From positions 137,702,001-137,766,000 of the forward strand of contig NC_043000.1 in NCBI RefSeq assembly GCF_006345805.1: DNA of 64,000 nucleotides, in the 5' to 3' direction. Numbering within the stretch: the stretch's first letter is position 1; each line of letters starts with the position of its first letter. Below are positions 1 through 13,076 of this stretch, one piece after another. Origin of the DNA: Octopus sinensis (lineage: Eukaryota). Under the pieces are notes generated by a model, which saw only the letters and a program-made list of their open reading frames with translations, did not search any database and was not told the origin of the DNA. Position numbers and translations under genes: made by a program.

Positions 1-676
1 CCCAGTAATTACAGGTATAAGCCTGAACTTGTAATCTGGATAAAATAACTGCAGATTTTTCAATAGTTCGGCGTAGGTATTCTCTTTTTCACTAGTCTTC
101 AGTTTTATATTAATATCCACTTGGCAGCTCATTTCCACAACTGTACACAATTTCTCTTCTCTATCCCAAATCATGTTATTGAGGTTTTCACTGGGGCATT
201 CCACCAGTATTCATTTTTATTATGAATGGCTATGACTTCTACCATACTGTGGGTTCATATTACTTTGTCCTCGGTGTTATCCTTTCAACGGATTTCATTA
301 TATAATGACCTAGCTACAACATCATGTCTCATCGGTAGATACTACTGTGATGACAACTGCTTATGATGTGCGGAAGACATCTTCGGTGTTAACTCCACAA
401 ATCTGCATAGGTTGTCACATTTTGCTGCTTTTCCTGCATCTCTGTCGCTGTTGTGCATCGGGTATATAGTTTATATTTCCTGCTCCTGAATTGCAAACGT
501 ATGCCCTTCATAGAAGAGGGTAGTAATCCAGTTGTTGGTCCATGATAGATTGCTTTGATGGTCAATGTTACTGTCATATCTGAGCTATGTATTAACATAT
601 CCATGTATGGTCCTCTGCTCATTACTCTCATCCTTTCATCTGATATGTTGCGGTAGATTCGTGTGACTTCCTCTGG
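1..676 (-). mobile_element. RLE-type (R4/Dong-like) non-LTR retrotransposon, 3' coding part, copy 1 (degenerate, runs off window)
   Basis: Manual minus-strand translation across stops/frameshifts: EGHTFAIQEQEI, a C-x2-C zinc-knuckle region, YLPMRHDVVARSLYNEIR (RHD motif), IWDREEKLCTVVEMSCQVDINIKLKTSEKENTYAELLKNLQLFYPDYKFRLIPVITG (RLE domain). Homologous to 6061-7392 and 7681-7959. Confidence 0.85.
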
Positions 677-740
677 CATGTATGTATGAATGTATGTATG
701 TATGTATGTATGTATGTATGTATGCATGTATGTATGTATG
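677..740. repeat. (TATG)n microsatellite at the 5' truncation point of RLE copy 1
   Basis: Directly visible. Confidence 0.95.
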
Positions 741-750
741 TGTGAACGTA

Positions 751-1183
751 TACTCTTTTACTCTTTTACTTGTTTCAGTCATTTGACAGTGGCCATGCTG
801 GAGCACCGCTATTAGTCGGGCAAATCGTCCCCAGGACTTGTAAGCCTAGTATTATATCGGTTTCTTTTGCCGAACCGCTAAGTTACGGGGACGTAAACAC
901 ACCAGCATCGGTTGACAAGCGATGTTGGGGGGGATAAACAAGACACACAAACATACACACAAACACACACACACACACACACACACCACACACATATATA
1001 TATAGACATATACATATATATACGACGGGCTTCTTTCAGTTTCCGTCTACCAAATCCACTCACAAGGCTTTGGTCGGCCCGAGGCTATAGTAAGTAGAAG
1101 ACACTTGCCCAAAGTGTCACGCAGAGGGACTGAACACGGAACCATGTGGTTGGTAAGCAAGCCACCCACCACACAGCCACTCC
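751..1183 (-). mobile_element. tRNA-derived SINE family A
   Basis: Head GGAGTGGCTGTGTGG...B-box-like segment, internal CA/TA microsatellite, tail ...GACTGAAACAAGTAAAAGAGTAAAAGA; about 11 similar copies in the window. Confidence 0.9.
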
Positions 1184-1536
1184 ACTTATGTTTTCCTCTA
1201 ATCTCTTTCCCCTTTTCATTTCTGATACTCTCCTTCACAGCTGACTGTCTGACTATTAAAATTTCTTAAGTGTCCAGTAGGCCTTTATTTCACCTTTGCA
1301 TGCTGTGTCAGTTAGGCTTTTCATTCCACAGAAACATACCATCTGAAGGTGATAGTGTTGATTAAAATACAAAAGATTAGGTTAATAGTCAGACGAATTC
1401 ATACTATTTCTATAATAGCAATAGATACCACATTATTATACATTATTCTCTAAATCTGTTTCTATCATTTTGTGTCAATTATTCTTTTTACAAACTCACG
1501 CACATCAGTATTTTTGTAGTTATGTACACACACGCA

Positions 1537-1584
<48 letters not shown>

Positions 1585-1586
<2 letters not shown>

Positions 1587-1893
1587 CTTTTATTCTTTAA
1601 CTTATTTCAGTCATTTTGATGTGGCCATGCTGGAACTGCCTTTAGACGAACAAATCGACCCCAGAGCTTATTCTTTGTAAGCGTAGTACTTATTCTATTG
1701 GTCTCTATTGCCGAACCGCTAAGTTACGGGGTCTTACGCGCGCCAAAATCGGTTGTCAGGCGATTCTGGAGGGACAAACACAGACACACAAATACATACA
1801 TACACACATGCATATATAAATATATATAGACATATATACATGCACATATCTACATACATTTATACACACACACACACCACACACACACCACAC

Positions 1894-1940
<47 letters not shown>

Positions 1941-2084
1941 CATATACATATGTATGACGGGCTTCTTTCAGTTTCTGTCTACCAAGTCCACCCACACGGC
2001 TTTGGCCGGCCTGAGGCTATAGTAGAAGACAGTTGCCCAAGTGGCCACGTTGTGGGACTGAACCTGGAAACATGTGGCTGGGAA

Positions 2085-2087
<3 letters not shown>
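1585..2087 (-). mobile_element. SINE family A (head partly lost)
   Basis: Colinear with 751-1183. Confidence 0.85.
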
Positions 2088-2123
<36 letters not shown>

Positions 2124-2161
2124 CATATATATACATATATACACAATATAGATTTGCATCA

Positions 2162-2583
2162 TACTCTTTCATTCTTTTACTTGTTTCAGTCATTTGACTG
2201 CGGCCATGCTGGAGCACCGCCTTTAATCGAGCAACTCGACCCCGGGACTTATTCTATTGTAAGCTCAGTACTGATTCTATCGCTCTCTTTTGCCGAACCG
2301 CTATGTGACGGGGACGTAAACACACCAGCATCGGTTTGTCAAGCGATGCTAGAGGGACAAACGTATATACAGACACACAAACATATATACACATACATAC
2401 ATATATATATACATATATACGACAGGCTTCTTTCAGTTTCCGTCTACCAAATCCACTCACAAGGCATTGGTCGGCCCGGGGCTATAGTAGAAGACGCTTG
2501 CCCAAGATGCCACGCAGTGGGACTGAACCCGGAACCATGTGGTTGGTTAGCAAGCTACTTACCACACAGCCACTCCTGCGCCT
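2162..2583 (-). mobile_element. SINE family A, full length
   Basis: Complete head TAGGCGCAGGAGTGGCTGTGTGG through the AAAAGAGT-type tail. Confidence 0.9.
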
Positions 2584-2842
2584 ATCATGTATGTTTCATG
2601 TATTAAATATGAAACATACAACACGCACAAACGTAATATATTTTCCCTTGTTCTTTTTTCCGTGTGTCCATCATTGTATTCGTGTAGCACTTCTTGCTTC
2701 TTTCTCTCGCTGTTCTCATTTAGCTTATCTATTTTTTTTTCATATTTCAATCGGTTCTAATTTTCTTTTCTTCATTTCGGTTTCTTTATTTCATTTTTAA
2801 CCATCTGCATCCATTTACCATTTCTGTTTCTTCCTGGTTATC

Positions 2843-2944
2843 ATGTCTATCTTCATCGTTACCTCCATTACCATCGTCATTATTGTACAAATAACTTGTT
2901 TCTCTTTTCCTTATTCATTCCCTCCCCCTCCTCCGCCTCCTCCT

Positions 2945-2977
<33 letters not shown>

Positions 2978-3240
2978 TTCTTCTTCTTCTTCACTCCTCC
3001 TGCTACCTCTTTTTCTTCTTCACTCCTCCTCCTCCTCCTTCTTCTTCTTCTTCTCCTCTTCTCCTCCTTCTTCTCTTCTTCTTCTTCTTCTTTTTCTTCT
3101 TCTTCTTTTTCTTCTTCTCCTCCTCCTTCTTCTTTTTCCCCTTTCCTCCTCCTTCTTAGTAATCGTAATAGTATTAGTAATCGTATGCTTAGTAATCGTA
3201 ATAGGAGTAACAGCAGTAATATTAATAGTTGTTGTAGCTA

Positions 3241-3290
<50 letters not shown>

Positions 3291-3345
3291 ATACTAGTAG
3301 TAGTAGTAGTTGTAGTAGTAGTTTTAGTAGTAAGGTTTGTTCTTT
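2843..3345. repeat. Compound trinucleotide low-complexity tract (CCT/CAT/CTT/AGT)
   Basis: Directly visible; explains ORFs 2843, 2896 and 3020. Confidence 0.9.
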
Positions 3346-4019
3346 TATCTATGTTAGTTTTCTTCACTTTCCCGTTTCTCGTATTCTTTCCTTTCAGTTA
3401 ATCTGGAGAAATTCTCTGTTGGAAGGAAGTCTTTAATAATTGCTAGCCAAGAGTCTTTCATCTCAGTATCAAGACTGGAAGCTACTTTGAAAACAATTCA
3501 CTCTATATTGATTGACTTGACACCAGTTAATGGAATCAGTTTATTATCAAAAGGAAATGCTATCATTGAACTGGCTAAAAACGATAAAATATAATAGAGG
3601 TATACAGATATGGATTTTTCTGACTCACATAAATCATATTATGGAAAAATATAAAAAAAGTAAAAAAAAGGCTTACTAGTTGACTACTAATGTATTACGT
3701 AATCAAGCGTTCTACTGCTCGAAAACAGCCCACTGTTTCTTTTAAGGATCAATTGTTTTCTTTCATTTTACTCGTGACGATCAATATATTTTTAAATATT
3801 TTTCTGGAGTTTTTCCTTTACATTTGGCGCACTTCATTGATACTAGGTTAATACTGTTCTGGCTATAAATAAGGAAGTAAATTAAACGTTTAATCTTTTC
3901 ATAAACCTCTCATTCGTTATTTCTTCCACTTAAACACACATGTTCGATATCTAATTGCAATACCGTTCATAAATCCATTAAATCCCTACATATTATTCAT
4001 GTTTTACAATGATTGTTTC

Positions 4020-4158
4020 CAGTGTCGGTCGGGGAGTTTGACTGGGGCGGATACGTCTGTCAAACGGTAACACAGGTGTCCCAAGGCGAACTCAGCGTGG
4101 ACGGAAACCCCACGTCGAGCAAAAGAGCAAAAGCTCGCTCGATCTCGATTTTCAGTAC

Positions 4159-4162
<4 letters not shown>
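4020..4162 (+). rRNA. Isolated ~140-bp fragment of 28S rRNA domain V (non-functional copy)
   Basis: GGGGAGTTTGACTGGGGCGG (P-loop region) ... GTCAAACGGTAACACAGGTGTCC ... AAAAGCTCGCTCGATCTCGATTTTCAGTACGA matches the eukaryotic LSU consensus as I recall it; no other rDNA nearby. Confidence 0.9.
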
Positions 4163-4201
<39 letters not shown>

Positions 4202-4272
4202 AAAACACACAAATATATACTTGTACACAAGCACACACATACATATAGGGAGAAAGAGTGAGAGAGAAGGGT

Positions 4273-4303
<31 letters not shown>

Positions 4304-4308
4304 CATAC

Positions 4309-4479
4309 GTGTGGTAGGTAGCTTACTTACCAACCACATGGATCCGGGTTCAGTCCCACTGCGTGGAACCTTGGAGGAGTGTCTTCAACTATAGCCTCGG
4401 GCCAACCACAGCCTTTTGAGTGATTTGGTAGACGAAAACTGAAAGAAGTCCGTCGTATATATGTATATATATATATATT

Positions 4480-4521
<42 letters not shown>

Positions 4522-4743
4522 GTGTGTATACGTTTATGTGTCTGTGTTTGAATCCCCAACATCGCTTGACAACCGATGCTGGTGTATTTACGTCCCCGTA
4601 ACTTAGCGGTTTGGCAAAAGAGACCGATAGAATAAGCACTAGGCTTACAAAGAATAAGTCCTGGGGTCTATTTGCTCGACTAAAGGCGGTGTTCCAACAG
4701 GGCCGCAGTCAATTGACTGAAACAAGTAAAAGAGTAAAGAGTA
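4309..4743 (+). mobile_element. SINE family A
   Basis: Colinear with the other copies. Confidence 0.9.
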
Positions 4744-5284
4744 TATATATATATATATATATATAAGAAATCATGTCAAGGTAGAAAATACTAAAACAAT
4801 TTTATCATAAAACACATTTCAGTACCGGTTTCAGTCATTGAGACTTTTTCAACTCTAAGTATGGAAAACAATTACATTTTGGAAAAATTAAATGAAAAGT
4901 TTTTTTAAAAGAATATTTACATAGTAGTCAAATACAAAGGACATTTTCCATGTTTCTACCTGTCTCTGTCTCTCTTGTTTACTCTAAAGACGACAACAAA
5001 CATTAAGGGAAAGCCAGCAGCTCAAGTCGTATACAATATTGTTATTGGGAAAAATTCAAATTCTTACAGCTGTTTCTGGGATATCCCCGAGTATGGTATA
5101 TTCCATCATAAGAAACAAATAGCGAAAATTGGGAAACTGAGAATGAATGATATATATCAATAAGATCACAACATAGAGGAAGGGCATAAAAGAATAAGGA
5201 GATGGAAAGAGATAAGAATAAAGAAGCATAAATGTTCATAGTTCAACTTTCCGAAGTTATAGAAACAGGGGCATGAGTCCTTAT

Positions 5285-5398
5285 GGGCAATCCTGTGAAG
5301 GTCCATGAGCGTAAATCCTTAGGTGCAATTCTGCGTAGATCCATAAGCATAAATATTAAGGTGCAATCCTGCGTAGATCCATGTGGGTTAAAATCCTG
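5285..5398. repeat. Three imperfect ~38-bp tandem units (GGTGCAATCCTGCGTAGATCCAT...)
   Basis: Units start at about 5285, 5322 and 5360. Confidence 0.7.
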
Positions 5399-6060
5399 GT
5401 GTAGTAGATATCCAGACAAGAAAGACGCGAACATATCAACATTCAATAACAGAATGGTAGCGGAGATGGCTATTAAGTGGAAAAGGAAAGAAAAGAAAAG
5501 AAATAGAAAGAGAGGTAGATAGAGTGAGGGGATTAAGGATTTTCTATAGGATAATGTAAAGTGCATTGGTGTACGGAGTCTAAGAATTGTGTGCGGAGTA
5601 GCCGATAAAATAAGAAAGAGGATTATGAGGTAGAGGAAGATAGGTTAAAAGAAATAGAGCAAAATGAAGGAAGTTAGAGAGAGTAGTAGTCTTAAAGTCT
5701 AAAGTTGTTGGAGAGGGAATCTAGGAATGACTACTTGTAAACGTTCTGGCTAAGGTCAGTGGGTGTAGAGTTATATGTTAGTAATGGGGTTTTGGGTATC
5801 TAGGTAGTTGAGAATGGAGGGGCTAGTTGAATGTCAAATTATTTATGAGTGGAACTAGAGTTAGGGAGGGTTATGTTAGAGGATTTATTAGGTTAAGCAT
5901 TTACCTAGCGTACCTAATCGTTTAGATCACCTGTGACGTAAACCCTCATATTTTCTATATATATATGTGTGTGTGTGTATATGTGTGTGTGTATGTGTGT
6001 GTGTATGTGTGTGTGTATGTGTGTGTGTGTGTATGTATACATGTATACATATGTATGTAT

Positions 6061-7392
6061 TTATGGCATTATTCAGTTTTGTTTCAAGATCTCTTACCAA
6101 TAGAGAAAGTGTCATTTTCTCACCTAGATCCGAGGCTCCTTCATTGGAATTGCAATATCAACAACAGGATACTTTTGTATGTAGGTCTCTTCTATTTTTT
6201 AATTATTATAAATCTTCATCTGAGTAGGGAGCCGGTTTCCAAAAATGATACAAGGCTCCATCTTTGGAATGTAGTTAACACAGACAAATTCACATTTGGA
6301 TCTTCAGAAAAGTCTTGCATATTTTTATTGTTCCACTCATAGATTGTAATTGTAATGTATGAATCAGCCGGTCAATTTCTTTCTGAAAATCCCAGTTTAT
6401 CCAGATTCTCCTTTAAGCATTTAATAACAAAATCTAGTGCTCCAATTATTATTGGTATGAATATAAATTCATAGTATGGATATAGAATCTGGAGGTTTCG
6501 AAGTAGCTGTCCATAAATATCCTCATTTTCTATGATTTTCAAAGAGAGATCTATATCTGCAGGTAGGCTAACCTCTATGATGGTACATACCTTTGCTCCT
6601 CTGTCCCAAACAACAATATCCAGCCTGTAATGCTTACATTTGACAGAAGTTTTGATGGGAATATTCCAGCAGTTTTCCTTGAGTTGGTATTTATGAATGT
6701 ATTCCATAAAAGAGGGATTTTCTAAGTTTATTTCAGGACAGCCTTTTTACGGATGACATTGTAAATTGTTTTAGCATCAACATCGTCCTGCATAGGGAGG
6801 CAGTACTGTGACGACATTTCGGAACAGCTGCTAATCAAATGCGTAATGTCTTCCGCAGAAACATGACATAGCCTACATCTGCGGTTGCACCTTGGAATTA
6901 CAAGAGCGTCACTCTCTCTCTCTTGTTCACCAGGTATTTTGTGGCAATCTCCTGATCCTGGATTGCAAACGCATAGCCTTCGAAAGTGTGATGTGATATA
7001 ATGGTCTTGTATCCAAGAGAATCCGCACGTGTCAATTCTACTGTCTTCTTCAAGCTTCCGGGCAACATATCCATGCATGGTCGTTTTTGTATGCTTAGTG
7101 CTTTCCATCCAGGTCTTCTCTGAGGTAAGAAAGCGCAACTGTTTTGGGGCTGTATAGGTGATAATCAGGAAGAGAGTGTTTCTTGAGGAGTTCACTACCA
7201 ACTCGTACAATGTTGCTTACTTCAATTTTCAGGACTGCATTAATATCTTTTGCTACTGTAGTTTAGCAGGTGCTGCCTTAGTGATACCATTCGACATTCA
7301 AAGGCCATCCACACTGATCTCAAGCCTCTAGCACCTTCATTTCTTCTTAGGTAGTGCCTGTCAACATCAGTGTTTCTGTGGAAATTCCTAGT
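6061..7392 (-). mobile_element. RLE-type (R4/Dong-like) non-LTR retrotransposon, copy 2, 5'-truncated, with 3' UTR
   Basis: NFHRNTDVDRHYLRRNEGARGL (post-RT motif), CRLCHVSAEDITHLISSC (zinc knuckle), YRLDIVVWDRGAKVCTIIEVSLPADIDL...IPIIIGAL (RLE); ORFs 6372-6707, 6728-7210 and part of 7240-7710; several stops and frameshifts. Confidence 0.9.
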
Positions 7393-7394
7393 TA

Positions 7395-7451
7395 TATATG
7401 TATGTATGAATGTATGAATGTATGTATGTATGTATGTACGTAAGCATGTAC

Positions 7452-7482
<31 letters not shown>

Positions 7483-7612
7483 TGTATGTATGTATGTATG
7501 AATGTATGTATGTATGTTTGTATGTACGTAAGAATGTACATATGTATGTGTGTGTATGTATGTATGTATGTATGTATGTACGTAAGCATGTACAAATGTA
7601 TGTATGTGTGTG

Positions 7613-7646
<34 letters not shown>

Positions 7647-7680
7647 TGTATGTATGTATGTATGTATGTATGTATGTATA
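7395..7680. repeat. (TATG)n array between RLE copies 2 and 3
   Basis: Directly visible. Confidence 0.95.
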
Positions 7681-7959
7681 CGTACAGATTCGTATGGTTT
7701 GTTTTCTCATGTATATAATTGCTTATCTAGACATGCTCATAAATACTTCTGGAAAGTTTTACAGAATTATTTAGCTTCAGTGATAGACTGGATGTGTAGT
7801 CTTCGAATCAGCTTTCTCCTTTCCGGTTTTGAAACACCTAATTTCTCACGGTTGGTAGTTACGCAGTGTGTTATATATTCCCGTGCTCCAATTAACTATA
7901 GGTATAAAGCTGAACTTGTAATCTGAATAGAGTAACTTCAGATTTCTCAATAGTTCAAC
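7681..7959 (-). mobile_element. RLE-type retrotransposon copy 3, short 3' fragment
   Basis: VELLRNLKLLYSDYKFSFIPIV...EKLGVSKPERRKLIRRLHIQSI; homologous to 1-70 and 6290-6510. Confidence 0.85.
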
Positions 7960-7960
7960 A

Positions 7961-8063
7961 TATGTATGCATGTATATATGTATATGTACGTATGTATGTA
8001 TGTATGTATGTATGTATGTATGTATGTATGTATGTATGTATGTATGTATGTATGTATGTATGT
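7961..8063. repeat. (TATG)n array at the 5' junction of RLE copy 3
   Basis: Directly visible. Confidence 0.95.
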
Positions 8064-8816
8064 ATTGCACATTCATGACTTATGAAATCCTAAGGATTTA
8101 CTACGTCGGCTAATTTTCAATCTCTAAAATGCATTACTCGGCAAAAATATGCTAAATATCAGAATTACAGTTTACAGTAATATGTCGTAAATTATTTTCA
8201 ATGATTCTCGAAATCATTTTCTCTTCCAAAAGTCTGCAATAATTTAAATGCTAATTGCTTAACAATTTACGGATATATTTTTTCCTCATACAATCTGTTA
8301 TAATTTAAATTTTAATTACTTAAACTGACTCTTGAAACTACTTCATTTGAAATACGGTGATAATTGAAGTACCCCTTCTTCGAGTTACTAAAGTTTTAAA
8401 TGGATCTGACACCGGTTTCGTCTCAAAATAATAGGTCTAAAGTAAGCGAACGATAATACGCCATTTTTTTCTAACTAATCATTTAATATGCCAGGCATTG
8501 CTTGAAAACAATCGAATTCAGTTGATCGTACTGTTAAACAGTAGCATTATGATTTCAAACAATTTATGTTGTAGCTTCATTACTCATTCCAATTCATGGA
8601 CTGGATAAAATTTGAGTCTCATATTTCCATCTACGTATTCGAATGGTATTTTCTTTTATCAAAGTATCAAAGATATTCACACCTACGTCGCATCCATTCT
8701 TCATCATTGAAATTACCTTGTTTCACAGTACAATAAAAATATTCATGCATATGATGAGAAATTTATTGACGTAAAGGCGAAAGATTCATTTTGACTTCAT
8801 CATTTGTTAAATAATT

Positions 8817-9053
<237 letters not shown>

Positions 9054-9883
9054 ATAAGAGAATTGACTACTAAGTGGACAACCATTATACTAGAGGTAGA
9101 CCCCATATGGTCTGACCACTAAGAAGCGATTGTTCTCAAGAAAATTCAGCAAACTCCAGAACGTTAGCAGGAAAGACAAATGAAAAGATACAAAATATAA
9201 AGTCAAGAGAGTCAAGACTATTGAAAAGGTTGAAATACGCAACGAAAACTTTAGGAAGATAAAGTTAAGAAATAAGTGAAAGGTTTACCAGTGAGTGTGT
9301 TAAATTATAAGGCGCAAAAAGAAAATGACTCTCCCCAGACAAAACAGAATATAAAGATTAATCCCAAGCCCAGTTTCATTGTTACCAATTACGTAATACT
9401 TAAATGTCCGCAATTCATCAGTGTGATCGTCATAGCAAAATATAATTTGCAGAACACCACATCATACACCACCATACCATACAACACCACATCACATCAC
9501 ACCACCACGCACACACTAGCACTAGCACTTCCCAGCCCCACACCATCATCCACACACCTACATATGCACACACGCACACGTCAGTGTCACCAGCCCTCTT
9601 CCACACGCACATACATGCTCTCTTATACACACGTACGAGCACTTTCGTTTTGGTATCATCACTACTTTATTATCTCCCCTTCTTCCCAGCTCTCCTGTGT
9701 GACTCCTCTGTCTTGCAGTCGCCATGATGGATCGCTAGCCACTACACATTCTTTATTTACTCATCTTTTTTCTTTCTGTGGAAGAGCGTATGCTCGAAAT
9801 GTTAAATATATTTTTGGTTTAAATTATATCTTAATTACAGTTCTTTAACCTGTTACTCCCATTGGAAAGTGAATTATTTACAA

Positions 9884-10278
9884 CTAGCAGTATCGCCCGG
9901 CGTTACTCGGGTTTGTAAGGGAAATAACTATATAAGCATTTTTAGAGATGTAAAGTATAATAGCCATCTGAATATAGCTAACCACAAAGGGGGGTGGATT
10001 ACTGTAGCTTTTTACGTTCTGAGATTTAATAATACATTTTTAGAGAGTTATTTCCCTTATATAATAGCAAAAATGCATTAAAAATGAGTAAAAATGATGA
10101 TAAACTTTATTTTTAATCGTAGACTCATCGCAGATGCGCGCTAATACCCAGAAGGGCTCGATATGAATCACGACTATAAGATACCCGCTTTTGGTTACAC
10201 TGCACCGCAAAATGTGGGAGTAGTTAGGAATCTAAATCGTAGGAGACAGACACACAACTTCACTTTTATATATAAAGA
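9884..10278 (-). mobile_element. Non-autonomous Helitron-like element, copy 1
   Basis: Minus strand begins TC (TCTTTATATATAAAAG) and ends in an imperfect GC hairpin CCCGAGTAACGCCGGG plus CTAG; inserted between A and T, no TSD. Near-identical copy at 32561-32960. Confidence 0.8.
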
Positions 10279-11020
10279 TGACTACAATAATTTAATATCA
10301 AATATGTAACAGATTAGTAATGAAATAATTAAAACCAATTTAAAGGTGTAACAGTTTGCAATCACGAATTTCTTCTTGAGTATTTCCACAATTTAGACTG
10401 GATTGTTGCTTTTGTTCAAGGCGTTTACCTTTCCTACAGGTTCTGCGTGTCTAATGAATAGACAAAATTTCTCACATACTTATTAGTTTAAATTTTCGTG
10501 CGCCTGTCCATCGATAAAACTCCAAAAGACGATGAATTCACGCATCTCTACCTCTTTGGTTATATTAGTCAAATAACTGAAATTGTTTAAACAGGTTACA
10601 TTCAGATATATTGATGAGTTTGTCACATTCGTGTTAGAACCTTATTTTAAATGAATAGGTTAAATAAATTAAATTCAACAGTGAATGATTTTATAATCTA
10701 AACTTATTAGAGCACAATGCGCTTCAACATGTTTCTTTACATTTTTTGTTTCATTTAAATTTTGACGCATATCATATTGGAATAGAAATACCTTAACGTT
10801 TTGCTAAAATGCATAGTCCTGCATTGGTTTCTATAAACATGATCTATTTGTACACATCGGTAAACGTACACACAAAGGAAGCACAAACGGACGCTCACAT
10901 ATGCAATCCTTGTAAATATTCGTTAGAAAGGCTGCTTCCGACACTAATAGCTAATATATATATATACACACACTCACACGCACAAACACACACACACGCA
11001 CAAACACACACATACACATA

Positions 11021-11314
11021 CAGATCCGTCGGTTCCAATTAAACTCATCAGCGGAACAACCTGTTTGTGAAATTACCGTGCTAGTGGCTAGGCACTCCAA
11101 ACACACGCATCCTTTTTAACGTAGTTCTCGGGGAAATTCAGCGTGACATATAATGTGACAAAGCTGGACCTCTGAATTATATACAACTCATGTTTTCCCG
11201 CTGAGTGGACTGGAGCAAGGCTAAACAAAGTATATTGCTCAAGAACACAACGCGCCACCTGGAATCAAACTGACGACCGTAAGTCGATTGCCCTTACCAC
11301 TAAGCCAGTCTTCC
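11021..11314 (-). mobile_element. SINE with family-C head and a distinct body
   Basis: Head TGGCTTAGTGGTAAGG...GCGTTGTGTTCTTGAGCAA...CTCCAGTCCACTCAGC as in the 51-kb copies; body ...CCCCGAGAACTACG... shared with 27781-28247 and 55460-55640. Confidence 0.7.
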
Positions 11315-11335
11315 ACACACACTCACACAGACACA

Positions 11336-11379
<44 letters not shown>

Positions 11380-11540
11380 AACAAACAATTCAGAGTGATA
11401 TTTTAGAGGTAAAGATTATTTTGATTTCGAAATTACTAATCATAATGAATTACTTTACAAACTTTAATGGGTGGATTACAATACATAACGAGAGAGAGAA
11501 AGAGATATAGAGTAATAATTATATATATATATATATATTA

Positions 11541-12068
11541 CTGTATTTCGGAATGGTCATTTTGCCAGTTTAGCCAAGAAAAACACACGCACTATATATT
11601 TGGTGTTACTTTGCTTCAGTGTTATTTATTTTTTACATTAAACTTAATCATATTTCGGCCAGAGTTCATTCGTCACACCCCTGTGACCGCATCAGTGGTC
11701 CTTTGCTTTCTTCTTTCTTGTTTGTGCATCTCCTTAGTAACCATCAGCCATTTTGTATTTCTATTGTATGTGTCTTCATTTGCGCATGCACACACACACA
11801 CATACACATAGAGATATACGCATGCGCAAATGAAGACACATAAAATAGAAATACAAAATGGCTGACGGTTAGTAAGAAGAGACACAAATAAGAAAGAAAA
11901 AAGCAAAGGACCACTGATGCGGTCACAGGAGTGTGACGAAAGAACTCTGGCCGAAATAAGATTAGGTTTTATGTAAAAAATAAATAACACTGAAGCAAAG
12001 TAACACCAAATATATAGTGCGTGTGTTTTTATTGGCTAAAATGGCAAAATGACCATTACGAAATACAA
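11541..12068. mobile_element. Fold-back MITE (~250-bp imperfect inverted arms, ~30-bp spacer, TA flanks)
   Basis: 11541-11789 is the reverse complement of 11820-12068; flanked by TA at 11539 and 12069; ORFs 11619(+) and 11673(-) mirror each other. Confidence 0.85.
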
Positions 12069-12122
12069 TATCTGTTTCAACACACGACTTCACATAAAAA
12101 ATCGTGCACAACAAATATACAT

Positions 12123-12198
<76 letters not shown>

Positions 12199-12203
<5 letters not shown>

Positions 12204-12856
12204 TAAGGAAGAATTTTTTTTTAAATGCAGAATGCTGAAATGAAAGAAAATTTTAATAAAATGAGAAATTGATAAAATATATAAATATATATTTATTCAA
12301 CCGGTTTTCGTCATTGTATGACTTGTCAAGAATATTTATGTTTTAAAGAGTTTTTTTAAAAATTAGAAAGGGGAAAAAAAGAAAATTGCATTGTTTTTTG
12401 TAAAAGATTAATGATAAAAATGTACAAAAATTAAAAAATAAGTTCTCCGATACATTGTGAGTTCGTTGTGTATCTTGAGTTTTATGGTTGTTTACGAAAA
12501 AATTACACAACACATGCTCTTAATCCCTTTGGATCTTAACACCTCAAGGTAATTTTTTCGTAAACAACCATAAAACTCAAGATACACAACGAACTCACAA
12601 TGTATCGGAGAACTTATTTTTTAATTTTTGTACATTTTTATCATTATTCTTTTACAAAAAACAATGCAATTTTCTTTTTTTCCCCTTTCTAATTTAAAAA
12701 AACAACTTTTTAAAACATAAATATTCTTGACAAGTCATACAATGACGAAAACCGGTTGAATAAATATATATTTATATATTTTATCAATTTCTCATTTTAT
12801 TAAAATTTTCTTTCATTTGAGCATTCTGCATTTTTAAAAAATGTTTCCTTACTTAT
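12199..12856. mobile_element. Near-perfect ~305-bp inverted repeat, probably an inverted Penelope-like terminal region
   Basis: 12199-12506 is the reverse complement of 12549-12856; each arm carries a degenerate hammerhead-like motif ending GACGAAAACCGGTTGAATAAA. Confidence 0.7.
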
Positions 12857-12897
12857 CATTTCTCCACGTGCGGTCAACACAACCCCACCATTTATTG

Positions 12898-12942
<45 letters not shown>

Positions 12943-13035
12943 ATAGAAGGACTAGAACTGTTTCATTGTATTGAGTACCTTATTTACTGTGGTTAACCCC
13001 GACTCAACCCGGACCTACATACATACATATATATA

Positions 13036-13076
<41 letters not shown>

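Noticed and set aside
2843-3436. Poly-S/P/I/F and poly-T/E/R ORFs
   Set aside because: Trinucleotide low-complexity DNA; no domain content.
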